From the IMG/VR virus record IMGVR_UViG_3300033069_001940, positions 1-64,000 of that record: a stretch of 64,000 nt of DNA; one strand, given 5' to 3'. A program made the translations under genes and the position numbers. Positions 51,262 through 60,877 of this stretch are shown here, one piece after another. A model generated the notes under the pieces. The model was not told the DNA's origin. It searched no databases and saw only the letters and a list, made by a program, of their open reading frames with translations. The DNA comes from a virus (taxonomy: Duplodnaviria; Caudoviricetes). Position 1 is the first letter of the stretch. Every line of letters begins with the position of its first letter.

Positions 51262-52049
51262 ATTTAGTTATAGGCAATACCTCACAGCTTTCATATTATT
51301 TCCCAAACGATTATATTAAAATATCATCAAGAAATATAAATTTAGATTATATTAAAAATAACAAATGGAATGCTGTATATATCTGTTTTGCAGAACAAAG
51401 AATATATGATTCTAATATAGATTATATTACACCTAATTATATTTATACTTTACAAATAATAAATTCTATTTTGGAATGCACTGATAAAATAGTTTGTTAT
51501 ACTAGTTGTGAATTATGGAATAATTTATCTGGTTATATAGATTTAGATACCGCCCCTAATTTTGATATAAATAACGAATATACTATTTCAAAATTTTTAT
51601 TGCTTAATAAAATTAAGCAATTAAGAAAAATTAACGAGAGATATAATAAAGTAATATTTATCCATCCATTCTATTTTAATTCTGCTTATAGATCAAATTA
51701 TTTTTTGTTTGGAAAAATTTTTGATTCAATTCTTAATAAAAAAGTTATAGATGTTGGTAATTTAAATTTTTATCGAGATATAGTTCATGCACAATATATT
51801 GTAGATAAAAGTATTGAAGCAAACAGCGATCTTGTGGTTGGGGCGGGAAAGTTATTTAATGTCAAAGATTTTATTGTAGATCTTTATAATTATTTTGATA
51901 TGGATTTTGAAAATTATACAAAAATTAATAATTTTTCTTCTTCTGGAAAAGAAAAATTAATTATGGCAAAAGTAAATATTAATTGGGATTATACATATCA
52001 AAATTTATTAAACGACACAGTGAATGATTTAAAAAAAGTTAAAGGATAG
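51258..52049 (+). CDS. Divergent NAD-dependent sugar epimerase/reductase (extended SDR)
   Basis: TSCELW, YTISK (YxxxK), FNSAYR...F, GNL..YRDIVH. The nucleotide-binding motif is degenerate (GNTSQLS). Confidence 0.65.
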   Translation: MNLVIGNTSQLSYYFPNDYIKISSRNINLDYIKNNKWNAVYICFAEQRIYDSNIDYITPNYIYTLQIINSILECTDKIVCYTSCELWNNLSGYIDLDTAPNFDINNEYTISKFLLLNKIKQLRKINERYNKVIFIHPFYFNSAYRSNYFLFGKIFDSILNKKVIDVGNLNFYRDIVHAQYIVDKSIEANSDLVVGAGKLFNVKDFIVDLYNYFDMDFENYTKINNFSSSGKEKLIMAKVNINWDYTYQNLLNDTVNDLKKVKG

Positions 52050-52050
52050 T

Positions 52051-52308
52051 ATGGAAGTAACTTTAGGAAATCTTATAGACCAGCTTTCGGTTGTTAATTT
52101 AAGAATCTGGCATGCCGAAGATAAAAAACGAGATAAGAGCGCTACTGATAAAGAGATAGCTGACGCCTGCCGTTTAACCAATATATGTAATAGCCAAAGA
52201 AATGATTTAATTGAAGAGATAGATAAAAAAATAAATCATATGGTTCAAACTGGTGAACTTCAAAAACTTTATGGACAGGGCTCAACAAAGATGTATGGTG
52301 GAAAATGA
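52051..52308 (+). CDS. Small helical protein (DUF4254-like)
   Basis: TLG.LIDQLS..NLRIWH.ED..R...[11 protein letters not shown] pattern, which I associate with glycosylation clusters. Confidence 0.55.
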   Translation: MEVTLGNLIDQLSVVNLRIWHAEDKKRDKSATDKEIADACRLTNICNSQRNDLIEEIDKKINHMVQTGELQKLYGQGSTKMYGGK

Positions 52309-53309
52309 CTCAAACGGCAATAATTACTGGAATTACTGGACAGACTGGCTCATATCTTGCAGACGTTCTTTTGGAAAAAGGTTACAAAGTATATGGTTTA
52401 AAAAGAAGAGCTTCAACAATTAATACTGAGCGTATAGATCATTTATATGTTGATCCTCATAAAGAAAGTAATTTAGAATTGGTTTATGGTGATTTGGCCG
52501 ATTATTCATCTATTGTGAGTATAGTAGCTGATGTTAAGCCGGATATGTTTTTTAATATGGCCGCACAATCGCATGTTCGAGTTTCTTTTGATATTCCTGA
52601 ATATACAATGGATGTTACTGGCAATGGTGTAATGCGTTGTTTAGAAGCTATAAGAAAATATAGTCCAAATACAAGATTTTTACAAGCCTCGTCTTCGGAA
52701 TTATTTGGCAGTTCGCCCCCACCACAAAATGAACAAACTAGATTTCAACCAAGGTCTCCGTATGCTGTAGCTAAAGCGGCCGGATATTATGCTGCTGTGA
52801 ATTATCGAGAGGCATATAATTTATTTGCTTGTAATACAATATGTTTCAATCATGAATCTCCACGTCGCGCTGAAACATTTGTTACAAGAAAAATAACAAA
52901 AGCGGCCTCCAGAATAAAATTAGGTTTACAAGACTTTTTATGGCTTGGTAATTTAGAATCTAAAAGAGATTGGGGTCATGCTAAAGATTACGCTAAGGCT
53001 ATGTATTTAGTTATTAATTCCGACCATCCAGATGATTATGTTGTTTCAACTGGTCAAATGCATTCTGTTAAAGAATTTGTTCAAATAGTTTTTGATAAAC
53101 TAGATTTAGATTGGACTAAATATGTTAAATTTGATCCAAAATATTTAAGACCATCTGAGGTAGATGCGTTGTTGGGTGATTCTTCTAAATTAAGAAATAC
53201 ATTAGGTTGGAAACCAGAGTATGATTTTAATATGCTTGTTGATGAAATGATTGAAAGAGATATGCAAGATGCTAAAAAAGAACAGTATATATTAAATTCA
53301 AAATTATAG
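52305..53309 (+). CDS. gmd: GDP-mannose 4,6-dehydratase
   Basis: [83 protein letters not shown]. Confidence 0.96.
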   Translation: MTQTAIITGITGQTGSYLADVLLEKGYKVYGLKRRASTINTERIDHLYVDPHKESNLELVYGDLADYSSIVSIVADVKPDMFFNMAAQSHVRVSFDIPEYTMDVTGNGVMRCLEAIRKYSPNTRFLQASSSELFGSSPPPQNEQTRFQPRSPYAVAKAAGYYAAVNYREAYNLFACNTICFNHESPRRAETFVTRKITKAASRIKLGLQDFLWLGNLESKRDWGHAKDYAKAMYLVINSDHPDDYVVSTGQMHSVKEFVQIVFDKLDLDWTKYVKFDPKYLRPSEVDALLGDSSKLRNTLGWKPEYDFNMLVDEMIERDMQDAKKEQYILNSKL

Positions 53310-53366
53310 CTGATAACTGTCGAGTAGCTTCATTTTAAATTTCATCTCCTGTGTTGGAGAATAAAA

Positions 53367-54299
53367 ATGAGCATTAAGGTATTAGTGACCGGCGCCGCTG
53401 GAATGATAGGGTCGCATTTATCAGATAAATTAATCGATCTAGGTTTCGAGGTTATCGGATTGGATAATCTTTCGACCGGCAAAATAGAAAATTTAAATAA
53501 AAAAATGATTCTTGATAATCATTTTTATCAAGATAGTATTACTAATAAATATCTTGTTAAAGAGTTATTTGAAAAATACAAATTTAATTATGTATTTCAT
53601 TGTGCCGCTGAAATTGATTTAAGAAAAAGTTTTAAAGATCCGATTGGAAGCGCAGAGACTAATATTTTAGGTTCATTAAATTTGATTGAGCAATCTGTAA
53701 AACATCAATCTAAATTTATTTTTTCTTCTACTGGTGGCGCAATATATACATCATCTGATGAATTGCGTCTTCCATTTACAGAATGGAGAGATGCTTTACC
53801 ATCAAGTCCATATGGGTTAACTAAGTTAACAATAGAAAATTATTTAAAGATTTTTCATGAACATGATAATTTATCTTATGTAGCATTAAGATATTCTAAT
53901 GTTTATGGAACAAGACAAGCATTCGGAGAATGTGGTGTTTTGTCTATATTTATTAATAAACTTCTCAAATCTGAAAGTATTAATGTTTTTGGTGATGGTA
54001 ATCAAATAAGAGACTACATATATGTTAGTGACGTAGTGGATGCCAACATTAAAGCTATGAATTTATCTGGTGTTTATAATGTTGGAACAGGAGAAGGGAC
54101 TTCAGTTAATACAATTATTTTACATTTGAATAAATATTTTGGAATGATTGATGTTAATTATTTAGATGCTATTCCTGGAGAAATGAGATATAGTGTTTTA
54201 AATTGTGATAAATTAAAACGTCAAGGATGGTCTCCGTCTTTTAACCTAGACCAAGGTATAGCACAAGTTCTATCAAAAAGTGAGAAGTTAAATGTCTAA
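53367..54299 (+). CDS. UDP-glucose/UDP-GlcNAc 4-epimerase-like SDR
   Basis: VTGAAGMIGSH, DNLSTG, FSSTGGAIY, SPYGLTK, LRYSNVYG.RQ, GDGNQIRDYIYV.DV, YNVGTG. Confidence 0.85.
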   Translation: MSIKVLVTGAAGMIGSHLSDKLIDLGFEVIGLDNLSTGKIENLNKKMILDNHFYQDSITNKYLVKELFEKYKFNYVFHCAAEIDLRKSFKDPIGSAETNILGSLNLIEQSVKHQSKFIFSSTGGAIYTSSDELRLPFTEWRDALPSSPYGLTKLTIENYLKIFHEHDNLSYVALRYSNVYGTRQAFGECGVLSIFINKLLKSESINVFGDGNQIRDYIYVSDVVDANIKAMNLSGVYNVGTGEGTSVNTIILHLNKYFGMIDVNYLDAIPGEMRYSVLNCDKLKRQGWSPSFNLDQGIAQVLSKSEKLNV

Positions 54300-55185
54300 A
54301 AAAATATTATGTGTTGGAAGTTGCGGATTCATTCTTTCTAATTTTGTTAGAAAAGTAATTAAAGATAAATTAGATTATCAAGTTTGTAGTATAGATAAAA
54401 TATCTTCATCAAAAGATATTCATAATGTCTATAGTAATAGAAATCATAATTTCTATATTGGAAATACATTAGATAAACATTTTCTTAAAACTGTTTTTGA
54501 AATTGAAAAGCCTGATATTGTTATTCAAGGCTCTTTAACTAACCAAGAAGAATTCCTTCTTTCCAATGTAATCGGAACTGATAATTTGTGTCAAGTTTGT
54601 GAGGAATATGGCTCTAAATTATATTTATTAAGTTCAGATATAGTTTATGGCGTTTCTGAAGATGAGGAGCTAAGCCATAAAGAAACGGACTCTTGTGTTA
54701 TTTATAGTAAATATATGACATCACTAATTTCATCAGAGGATTTAGTGCAACATAGTGGGGGAACAGTTTTAAGACTATCGAATGCTTATGGTCCAAGATC
54801 CAAAAAACAAATCATCACTGATCTTATTCGTTTTCATTTAAAAAATGAAACTCCATATATTTGGAATGTTGGCTATGATTTTACTCATGTAGAAGACGTA
54901 ATATCTGCAATCCTTGTGATTATAGAATCAGGAAAAGAAAAAATATATAACGTATCATCTTCTCATCAATTTTCTGAGAAAGAAGTGTATAATGAAATTG
55001 CTAAATTAATTGAGTTAAAAGACCCAATAATAAATCAGAATACAAATTCGGTATCTACTCTTTTTAGAAGTAGCGATAATTCAAAACTAAGAGCTTTGGG
55101 CTGGAAGACTCAGCATACGTTGCAAGGTTGGTTGCCGTCGGTTGTTCAGTGGTATCTTAATAATCAATGGTTTTTAAAAGAATGA
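54292..55185 (+). CDS. Degenerate dTDP-glucose 4,6-dehydratase (RmlB)-like SDR
   Basis: GSCGFI.SNFVR, SIDK, SNVIGT..L, SSDIVYG, RLSNAYGP, HVED, V.WYLNNQW. Catalytic YxxxK reads YMTSL. Confidence 0.65.
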   Translation: MSKKILCVGSCGFILSNFVRKVIKDKLDYQVCSIDKISSSKDIHNVYSNRNHNFYIGNTLDKHFLKTVFEIEKPDIVIQGSLTNQEEFLLSNVIGTDNLCQVCEEYGSKLYLLSSDIVYGVSEDEELSHKETDSCVIYSKYMTSLISSEDLVQHSGGTVLRLSNAYGPRSKKQIITDLIRFHLKNETPYIWNVGYDFTHVEDVISAILVIIESGKEKIYNVSSSHQFSEKEVYNEIAKLIELKDPIINQNTNSVSTLFRSSDNSKLRALGWKTQHTLQGWLPSVVQWYLNNQWFLKE

Positions 55186-56357
55186 AAGACTTAACTATTA
55201 TCTCTAATGTTATGATGAGCGACGGAATTGGCCGTCAAGGAATTGGTATGTTAAAATGTGTACATCAAGATCTTGATGTTAACATATTTCCTATCGGCTC
55301 ACCTAATTATAAAGATGTCCCGCCAGAATTATTAAATACTGTATCAAAGCCATTTGATGGTTTTGGTAAGGTGGCTTTTTGGACCTATATTTTAGGTTTA
55401 AATGAACAAATGATTTCTGTTCATGCTAGGCTTAATTCAAATATTAAAATTGCTTATACTATGTTTGAATCAGATGCAATTCCTAATCTGTGGGTAAAAA
55501 TTTTAAATACTTATTATGACTTAGCAGTTGTACCAGACCCTTGGCTAGTTAAAGTATATAAAAAATGCGGAGTTAATATTCCTATTTTTGTAGTACCATT
55601 AGGCATTTTAATAGAAGATTTATTAGAATACCCATTAAAATCAAAACCAAATGATATTTTTACATTTGGGATGTCTGCCGGTTTCTGGCAAAGAAAAAAT
55701 CATATTAAGTTATTAAATGCTTTTGCTCAAGAATTTGGCAATAATGATAAATTTAGACTCAAGCTTCATGGTAGATTTGGGCCTTATAAAAATAATGTCC
55801 AAAAGGAAGTGGTTGGCCTGCATCTAAAAAATGTAGAGTTAATAGATGTTCCATTATCTAATCAACAATATAATGATTTTTTAAAAAGCTTGGACTGCTA
55901 TGTTTTCCCCTCACAAGGCGAGGGCTTCTCAGTGACTCCACGAGAAGCTATAGCTTTAGGTCTGCCTTGCATTCTTACTAATAATACAGTTCACAAAACG
56001 ATTTGTGATTCCGGGTTTGTGTTACCGATTGAGGCTAATCAAAAACAACCAGCTATATATGAAGTTTTTAATAATTCACAACTTGGACATTTCTATGATT
56101 GTTCTGTAGAAGATCTTCGCAAGGCTATGGTTGAAGTTTACAATAATTACGAAAAATATATTAAAAATTCAACAGAAGGTCGAGAGTGGGTAAAACAATA
56201 TTTATGGAGTAATCTTAAGCCCATTTATCTTAATCTCTTTAAACCAAAAGAGATCATTTTGGGAAATGAAAATTTAGTAACAGATTCTGTACTACAAACA
56301 AATAACAAAAAATTGTATAAGAAATATAATGATAGTAACTTGGTCAATCATAAATAA
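55182..56357 (+). CDS. Glycosyltransferase family 4 (GT-B)
   Basis: YTMFES, VVPLGI, RKN..KLL.AF, YVFPSQGEGFSVTPREAIALGLP (E-x7-E). Start 55182 gives an ATGA overlap with the upstream stop. Confidence 0.88.
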   Translation: MKDLTIISNVMMSDGIGRQGIGMLKCVHQDLDVNIFPIGSPNYKDVPPELLNTVSKPFDGFGKVAFWTYILGLNEQMISVHARLNSNIKIAYTMFESDAIPNLWVKILNTYYDLAVVPDPWLVKVYKKCGVNIPIFVVPLGILIEDLLEYPLKSKPNDIFTFGMSAGFWQRKNHIKLLNAFAQEFGNNDKFRLKLHGRFGPYKNNVQKEVVGLHLKNVELIDVPLSNQQYNDFLKSLDCYVFPSQGEGFSVTPREAIALGLPCILTNNTVHKTICDSGFVLPIEANQKQPAIYEVFNNSQLGHFYDCSVEDLRKAMVEVYNNYEKYIKNSTEGREWVKQYLWSNLKPIYLNLFKPKEIILGNENLVTDSVLQTNNKKLYKKYNDSNLVNHK

Positions 56358-57111
56358 TGAAGAAGATTATCTAAAAGATGTTATAGAACATCATCTACCC
56401 TGGGTAGATGCTATGTATTTTTTAGACACTGGCTCAACTGATTCTAGTTTAGATATTTTAAAACAATATAAATCAGATAAATTATATTTTGAAGAATATC
56501 ATACCAAATATATTCCTCAATATGAACTACCTTGGGAGAAAATGGTTAATCCTTTTCCAGAGGTAGAAGTAAGAAATTTTGCCATCAAAAGATGCCAGGA
56601 GATATTTAAACCAGATTGGTTAATTCAATTGGATGGAGATGAAATATTTTTACCATCACTCAAGTCTGTAATAGAAAAATCTGGTAAAGGAATATCTATA
56701 ACGCATAGTACAATCAATCCTGTTTGCGAATTAAAACATCATAATCCAGAGCGTCGAGGAGGCTATGTTTTATATGATCCTCATGCCAGAATCTGGAAAT
56801 CTGGGCATAAAATTGAATATATTAATAATCCTAATATAAAAACAGGCCAATTTCATTGCATTCCGGTTTTTAGACCTGATGTTGGACATAGAGGTCATAT
56901 ATTTAATCATCCATTAAATCTAGTAACAAATTTACCAATTCATTTTCATTTACACTGGATGTATGGTAAAAAATTACAAATGTTTTATGCTAAGCAGGGA
57001 ATAACAGAACGCAAAGAAATTGTTAAAGGGCAACCTATTAATACTTTTAGTAATATGGTTCCTCAGGTTTTTTGGGATAAAAGAGAGCAATGGATTCAGG
57101 AAATTAAATGA
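56329..57111 (+). CDS. Glycosyltransferase family 2-like (GT-A)
   Basis: NEEDYL, LDTGSTD.S..IL, RNFAI, WLIQLDGDE. Confidence 0.8.
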   Translation: MIVTWSIINNEEDYLKDVIEHHLPWVDAMYFLDTGSTDSSLDILKQYKSDKLYFEEYHTKYIPQYELPWEKMVNPFPEVEVRNFAIKRCQEIFKPDWLIQLDGDEIFLPSLKSVIEKSGKGISITHSTINPVCELKHHNPERRGGYVLYDPHARIWKSGHKIEYINNPNIKTGQFHCIPVFRPDVGHRGHIFNHPLNLVTNLPIHFHLHWMYGKKLQMFYAKQGITERKEIVKGQPINTFSNMVPQVFWDKREQWIQEIK

Positions 57112-58436
57112 TTAAAACAGAAATTATAACTCAAGAAAATAAAATTATAGATGATGTTTCAGATGTAAATCAAGAAACTTTACAACAATTAAAAGAAAAA
57201 TTAGCTAAAAAGAAAGAAAAAGATATGACAATAAATATCGTAGCTCCAGTTAAAAGAAGTATTAAATTTGGCGTTGTTGGAAGCGGGCAAGCAGGCACAA
57301 GATTGGCTGAACAATATTTTTCTTTAGGCTATCCCGCTGTAGCTTTTAATACAGCGCCACAAGATTTAGAACACATAAGAATGCCAGATGAAAACAAATA
57401 CCTCTTAGAATACTCTCTAGGCGGCGCGGCTAAGGATTTAGAGATTGGCCGAGAGGCGGCCGAGCAGCATAAAGAGGCAATCTATTCTTTGGTTGCTGAA
57501 AAGTTAGAAGAGGCTCAAGTTTTTATTCTTTGTACTAGTTTGGGAGGAGGTTCCGGTGCCGGTTCTTTGCCGGTTATGGTTGACGTGCTAGCAGCTTTAG
57601 GCAAACCCATTGTGGTAATGGCAATTTTACCGATGTCTTCTGAAGATGCTCAAACTAAAAAGAATGCTCTTGAAACCTTAAGCTCCTTATCAAAAGAAGC
57701 TCAGGCTAAAAGAATTCATAATTTAGTAGTTGTTGATAATGCTAAGATTGAAACAATTTATAGTGACGTTAGTCCTATGGAATTTTTCAATGTTTCTAAT
57801 AAAGCAATTATCTCACCAATCAATGCTTTTAATGAATTATCATCATTGCCATCTTCTATGAAGCCTTTAGACCCTATGGAATTTACCAAACTTTTAATTG
57901 ATGGTTCTGGTTGTTCTGTTTATGGCGAAGTTATAGTTTCTGATTTTCAAGATGAAACAGCTATTTCAGAGGCTATTATTAATGTTAATTCGGGATTGTT
58001 AGCTAGCGGTTTTGATATTAAACAAGCCAAATATGTTGGTGTTATTATTGAGGCTAATAAATCAGTATGGGATAAAATTCCTAGCTCTAGTTTGAATTAT
58101 GCCAACTCTTTGATTTTGGAGCTTTGCGATGTGCCGACAGGTATTTTTAGGGGAACGTACGCTACAGATCTTAAAGATAATGTAGTTAAAGTCTACTCTA
58201 TGTTTTCTGGTTTAGGATTACCAGAAAGCCGCGTCTCTCAATTAAAAAAAGAAACTCAAGAGTTTGCGTCTAAAGTAAAAACAAAGGATGCAGAAAGAAC
58301 AGTTAATCTTAAATTAGATACTGGAACAGACGATACGGTTTCAGCAGCCGATAAAGTTAGACAAAAAATAGCAGCTAAGAAATCTGCTTTCGGCAGTATG
58401 ATTGGAAGTATTGCTCAAGATAAACGTAAAAAATAA
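57108..58436 (+). CDS. Tubulin/FtsZ-superfamily GTPase (phage tubulin; PhuZ/TubZ/CetZ-like)
   Basis: GSGQAGTRLA (T1), FNTA.QDL (T2), GAAKD..IG (T3), SLGGGSGAG (T4 signature), ILP...E, VVDN, LDPME (T7 loop), plus a C-terminal domain. Confidence 0.92.
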   Translation: MIKTEIITQENKIIDDVSDVNQETLQQLKEKLAKKKEKDMTINIVAPVKRSIKFGVVGSGQAGTRLAEQYFSLGYPAVAFNTAPQDLEHIRMPDENKYLLEYSLGGAAKDLEIGREAAEQHKEAIYSLVAEKLEEAQVFILCTSLGGGSGAGSLPVMVDVLAALGKPIVVMAILPMSSEDAQTKKNALETLSSLSKEAQAKRIHNLVVVDNAKIETIYSDVSPMEFFNVSNKAIISPINAFNELSSLPSSMKPLDPMEFTKLLIDGSGCSVYGEVIVSDFQDETAISEAIINVNSGLLASGFDIKQAKYVGVIIEANKSVWDKIPSSSLNYANSLILELCDVPTGIFRGTYATDLKDNVVKVYSMFSGLGLPESRVSQLKKETQEFASKVKTKDAERTVNLKLDTGTDDTVSAADKVRQKIAAKKSAFGSMIGSIAQDKRKK

Positions 58437-58459
58437 TTTAAAATCATAGATTGATTTAT

Positions 58460-58498
58460 AAATATGCCGTAGTAAACTACGGCATATTTTTTTATTTT
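58460..58498 (+). terminator. Rho-independent terminator
   Basis: 13-bp perfect stem AAATATGCCGTAG-TAAA-CTACGGCATATTT running into a T tract, just after the tubulin stop. Confidence 0.85.
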
Positions 58499-58501
58499 CA
58501 T

Positions 58502-59635
58502 ATGGACATTTTAGTTTTATCAAAAAAATTTTTAAAATTAGCTGAAGAAATAATTGATTATAATTTGATTAGATTATCTCAAGTAATGTCAATTTTGCTT
58601 GGCAAAAACATTTCTAAAAATAATATAAAAGAATGGATCTCTATCAATAATTTATCTTTTAAAGATTATTTTTATATCAATAATGATAAATATATTTATT
58701 ATTATCCTCCAGGTTATTCTGTATTTTCTGGAACAAATCGGCCTATGGTTGTTGTTACAAATAAATACGAAAATTTGCCGAATAATTTAGATGCCACATT
58801 TGAAAAATTATTATTACCTTGTGGTTTAATTCCAAAATTATTTTTGGTTGCTGGAAATACTTTCAAAGTATCAAAAGACCCTAAAATTTTTTCAGAAAAT
58901 AATTTTATTATAAAATCTATAAGGGCATTAACGAAATTTTCAGATGAAGAAATATTAAAGTTATTGACGGATAATAAAGAAAAAATAGATTCTATTAGAA
59001 GGTTGATTCAAATGCAACCAGAATATCTTGGCGGTGGAGTAGATGGCGAAGCATACAAAATCAATAATTCTATGGTTTTAAAAATATTTGTTAATAATTT
59101 TGCTTATATAAAAGCGAAAGAATCGCAGGATCTGTTATTTAAAAATCCAAATCTGGCAGGCACAGAGGCTATGATTTATGATGTTGGAGAATTTAAAAAT
59201 GATATTTACCCAATCTATTATTACATTATAGAGCTATTTAAAATACCTAAAGATCGAGATAATTTAGATTATGTTATTAGAAATATTGAATCAACAATTT
59301 CATTTATTGAATGGAGATCTAAATTTGAAATTAAAAAAATAAGACTAGAATATTATAATAAAGAAATTACAGAATCAGATTTTAAAAATAAATTAAAATT
59401 ATTTACTGAATTAGTTTATAGGCAATTAATGCAGTCAAATCCTTTTATATCCAGAATGAAAATTATGCAAAAAGAAGAAGGCTTGTCTAAAGATTGGTTA
59501 AAAAGAATAATAAAAGAAGTTATTTTTAAAAAAATTACTGAAAGAAATGATTTACATTCTGGTAATTTAGGTGTTAATCAACGCGGTCATTTAAGATATT
59601 TTGATCCAGCTTTTAAAACATTAAATGTGCTTTAG
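58502..59635 (+). CDS. Atypical protein kinase-like protein 1 (T7 Gp0.7-like motifs)
   Basis: [11 protein letters not shown] Gly loop, [19 protein letters not shown] catalytic loop, YFDP. Start moved to ATG 58502 because the listed TTG start lies upstream of the terminator and the paralogues align from here. Confidence 0.75.
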   Translation: MDILVLSKKFLKLAEEIIDYNLIRLSQVMSILLGKNISKNNIKEWISINNLSFKDYFYINNDKYIYYYPPGYSVFSGTNRPMVVVTNKYENLPNNLDATFEKLLLPCGLIPKLFLVAGNTFKVSKDPKIFSENNFIIKSIRALTKFSDEEILKLLTDNKEKIDSIRRLIQMQPEYLGGGVDGEAYKINNSMVLKIFVNNFAYIKAKESQDLLFKNPNLAGTEAMIYDVGEFKNDIYPIYYYIIELFKIPKDRDNLDYVIRNIESTISFIEWRSKFEIKKIRLEYYNKEITESDFKNKLKLFTELVYRQLMQSNPFISRMKIMQKEEGLSKDWLKRIIKEVIFKKITERNDLHSGNLGVNQRGHLRYFDPAFKTLNVL

Positions 59636-59655
59636 GCATATTTTTCTATGTAAAC

Positions 59656-60759
59656 ATGTATAATTTCTCGTTAAATTTATCAAAAAATTTTTTAAAATTA
59701 GCGGAAGAACTTCATTTATACGAAGTAATTCGTTTAAAAAAAGTTTTATCAAGATTTCTTGCAAAAAATCTTTTAGATGAAGATGTTAAAGAATGGTATA
59801 AAATTAACAATTTAGATATTATTTTGAATTATTATAATAATGATATTGATGCAATTTTTGTATTAACAAATAATAATAAAAACGCATTAATTACTTGGCC
59901 AAATCATAAATTAAACATTGATGCCGCTTTTGAAAAATTATTATTGCCACATAAAAATATTCCAAAATTATTATTTGCTATTGGGGAAGTAGTTGAACAA
60001 AATATTCCAAAGAATGTTGCTGAAAATGAATTTATGTATGTAGCTTTAAAACAACTTTTACGTATGACTCCAGAAGATTGTTCAATAATTTTAAATAAAA
60101 ACAAAGAAAAAATAAATTCAATTAGATCATTTTTTCAATTTAAACCAAAATATTTAGGCGCCGGCATCGATGGCGTAGCATTTAAAATTAATGATTCTAT
60201 GGTATTAAAAATATTTAAAAGCGAATTTGCTTATGAAAAAATACAAAATTCTCAACAGTTATTATTTGAAAATAAAGACTTGGCAGAAACAGAGATTATG
60301 ACTTATGATTACGGAGAATTAAATCTATTTTATGATAAAAAGATATATTATTGTATAAATCAATTAGTTAAAACTTTTCCATATAGTTCGCATAGTGATG
60401 ATTTAATTAAAGACGTAGTAAGTCAAATTAAAGAATATATTAATATCAATTTATATAATAAATTAATAGAATTATATAATAAATATAATTTAAAATTAAT
60501 AAAAGATTTAGAATTAAAAGAACAAATAATCTTATTATCTAATAATGTATATAATAATTTAAAAAGCTATATTAATAAAAGCGTTCTTGAGTTAGAATTA
60601 ATGTATGATTTACAAAATGATTGGGTTTTGAAGTTAATTCAAGAAATTCTATTTAAATTAATCTCAGGCAGAAGGGATTTGCACAGTGGTAATTTAGGTA
60701 TTAATAATCAGGGATATTTTAGATATTTTGATCCCGCATATACATTTTGGGCGCCATGA
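59656..60759 (+). CDS. Atypical protein kinase-like protein 2
   Basis: [28 protein letters not shown]. Aligns with kinase 1 throughout (e.g. DAxFEKLLLP..IPKL). Confidence 0.75.
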   Translation: MYNFSLNLSKNFLKLAEELHLYEVIRLKKVLSRFLAKNLLDEDVKEWYKINNLDIILNYYNNDIDAIFVLTNNNKNALITWPNHKLNIDAAFEKLLLPHKNIPKLLFAIGEVVEQNIPKNVAENEFMYVALKQLLRMTPEDCSIILNKNKEKINSIRSFFQFKPKYLGAGIDGVAFKINDSMVLKIFKSEFAYEKIQNSQQLLFENKDLAETEIMTYDYGELNLFYDKKIYYCINQLVKTFPYSSHSDDLIKDVVSQIKEYININLYNKLIELYNKYNLKLIKDLELKEQIILLSNNVYNNLKSYINKSVLELELMYDLQNDWVLKLIQEILFKLISGRRDLHSGNLGINNQGYFRYFDPAYTFWAP

Positions 60760-60875
60760 ACAATTCAATAATTAAACCTCATATTTATCCTTTGGTGAGA
60801 GGGCGTTCACACATGGGTAATATTGGATATAGTAATATGAGCTATTTTAATTATTTTGACTCGTCTGGGATATAA
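60756..60875 (+). pseudogene. 39-aa mini-ORF, remnant of a kinase paralogue C-terminus
   Basis: ATGA overlap with the kinase 2 stop. Translates to [39 protein letters not shown], which aligns without gaps to [18 protein letters not shown]. Confidence 0.65.
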
Positions 60876-60877
60876 AT

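Noticed and set aside
53345-53360. TCTCC/GGAGA hairpin masking the SD of the epimerase gene
   Set aside because: Only a 5-bp stem; too weak to claim regulation.
39590-57111. Host O-antigen or capsule locus
   Set aside because: No flippase, polymerase, chain-length regulator or priming transferase, and it is seamlessly coupled to phage genes on both sides.
58451-58501. TTG start of the listed 394-aa ORF
   Set aside because: The extension runs through the terminator hairpin, and paralogue alignment starts at ATG 58502.
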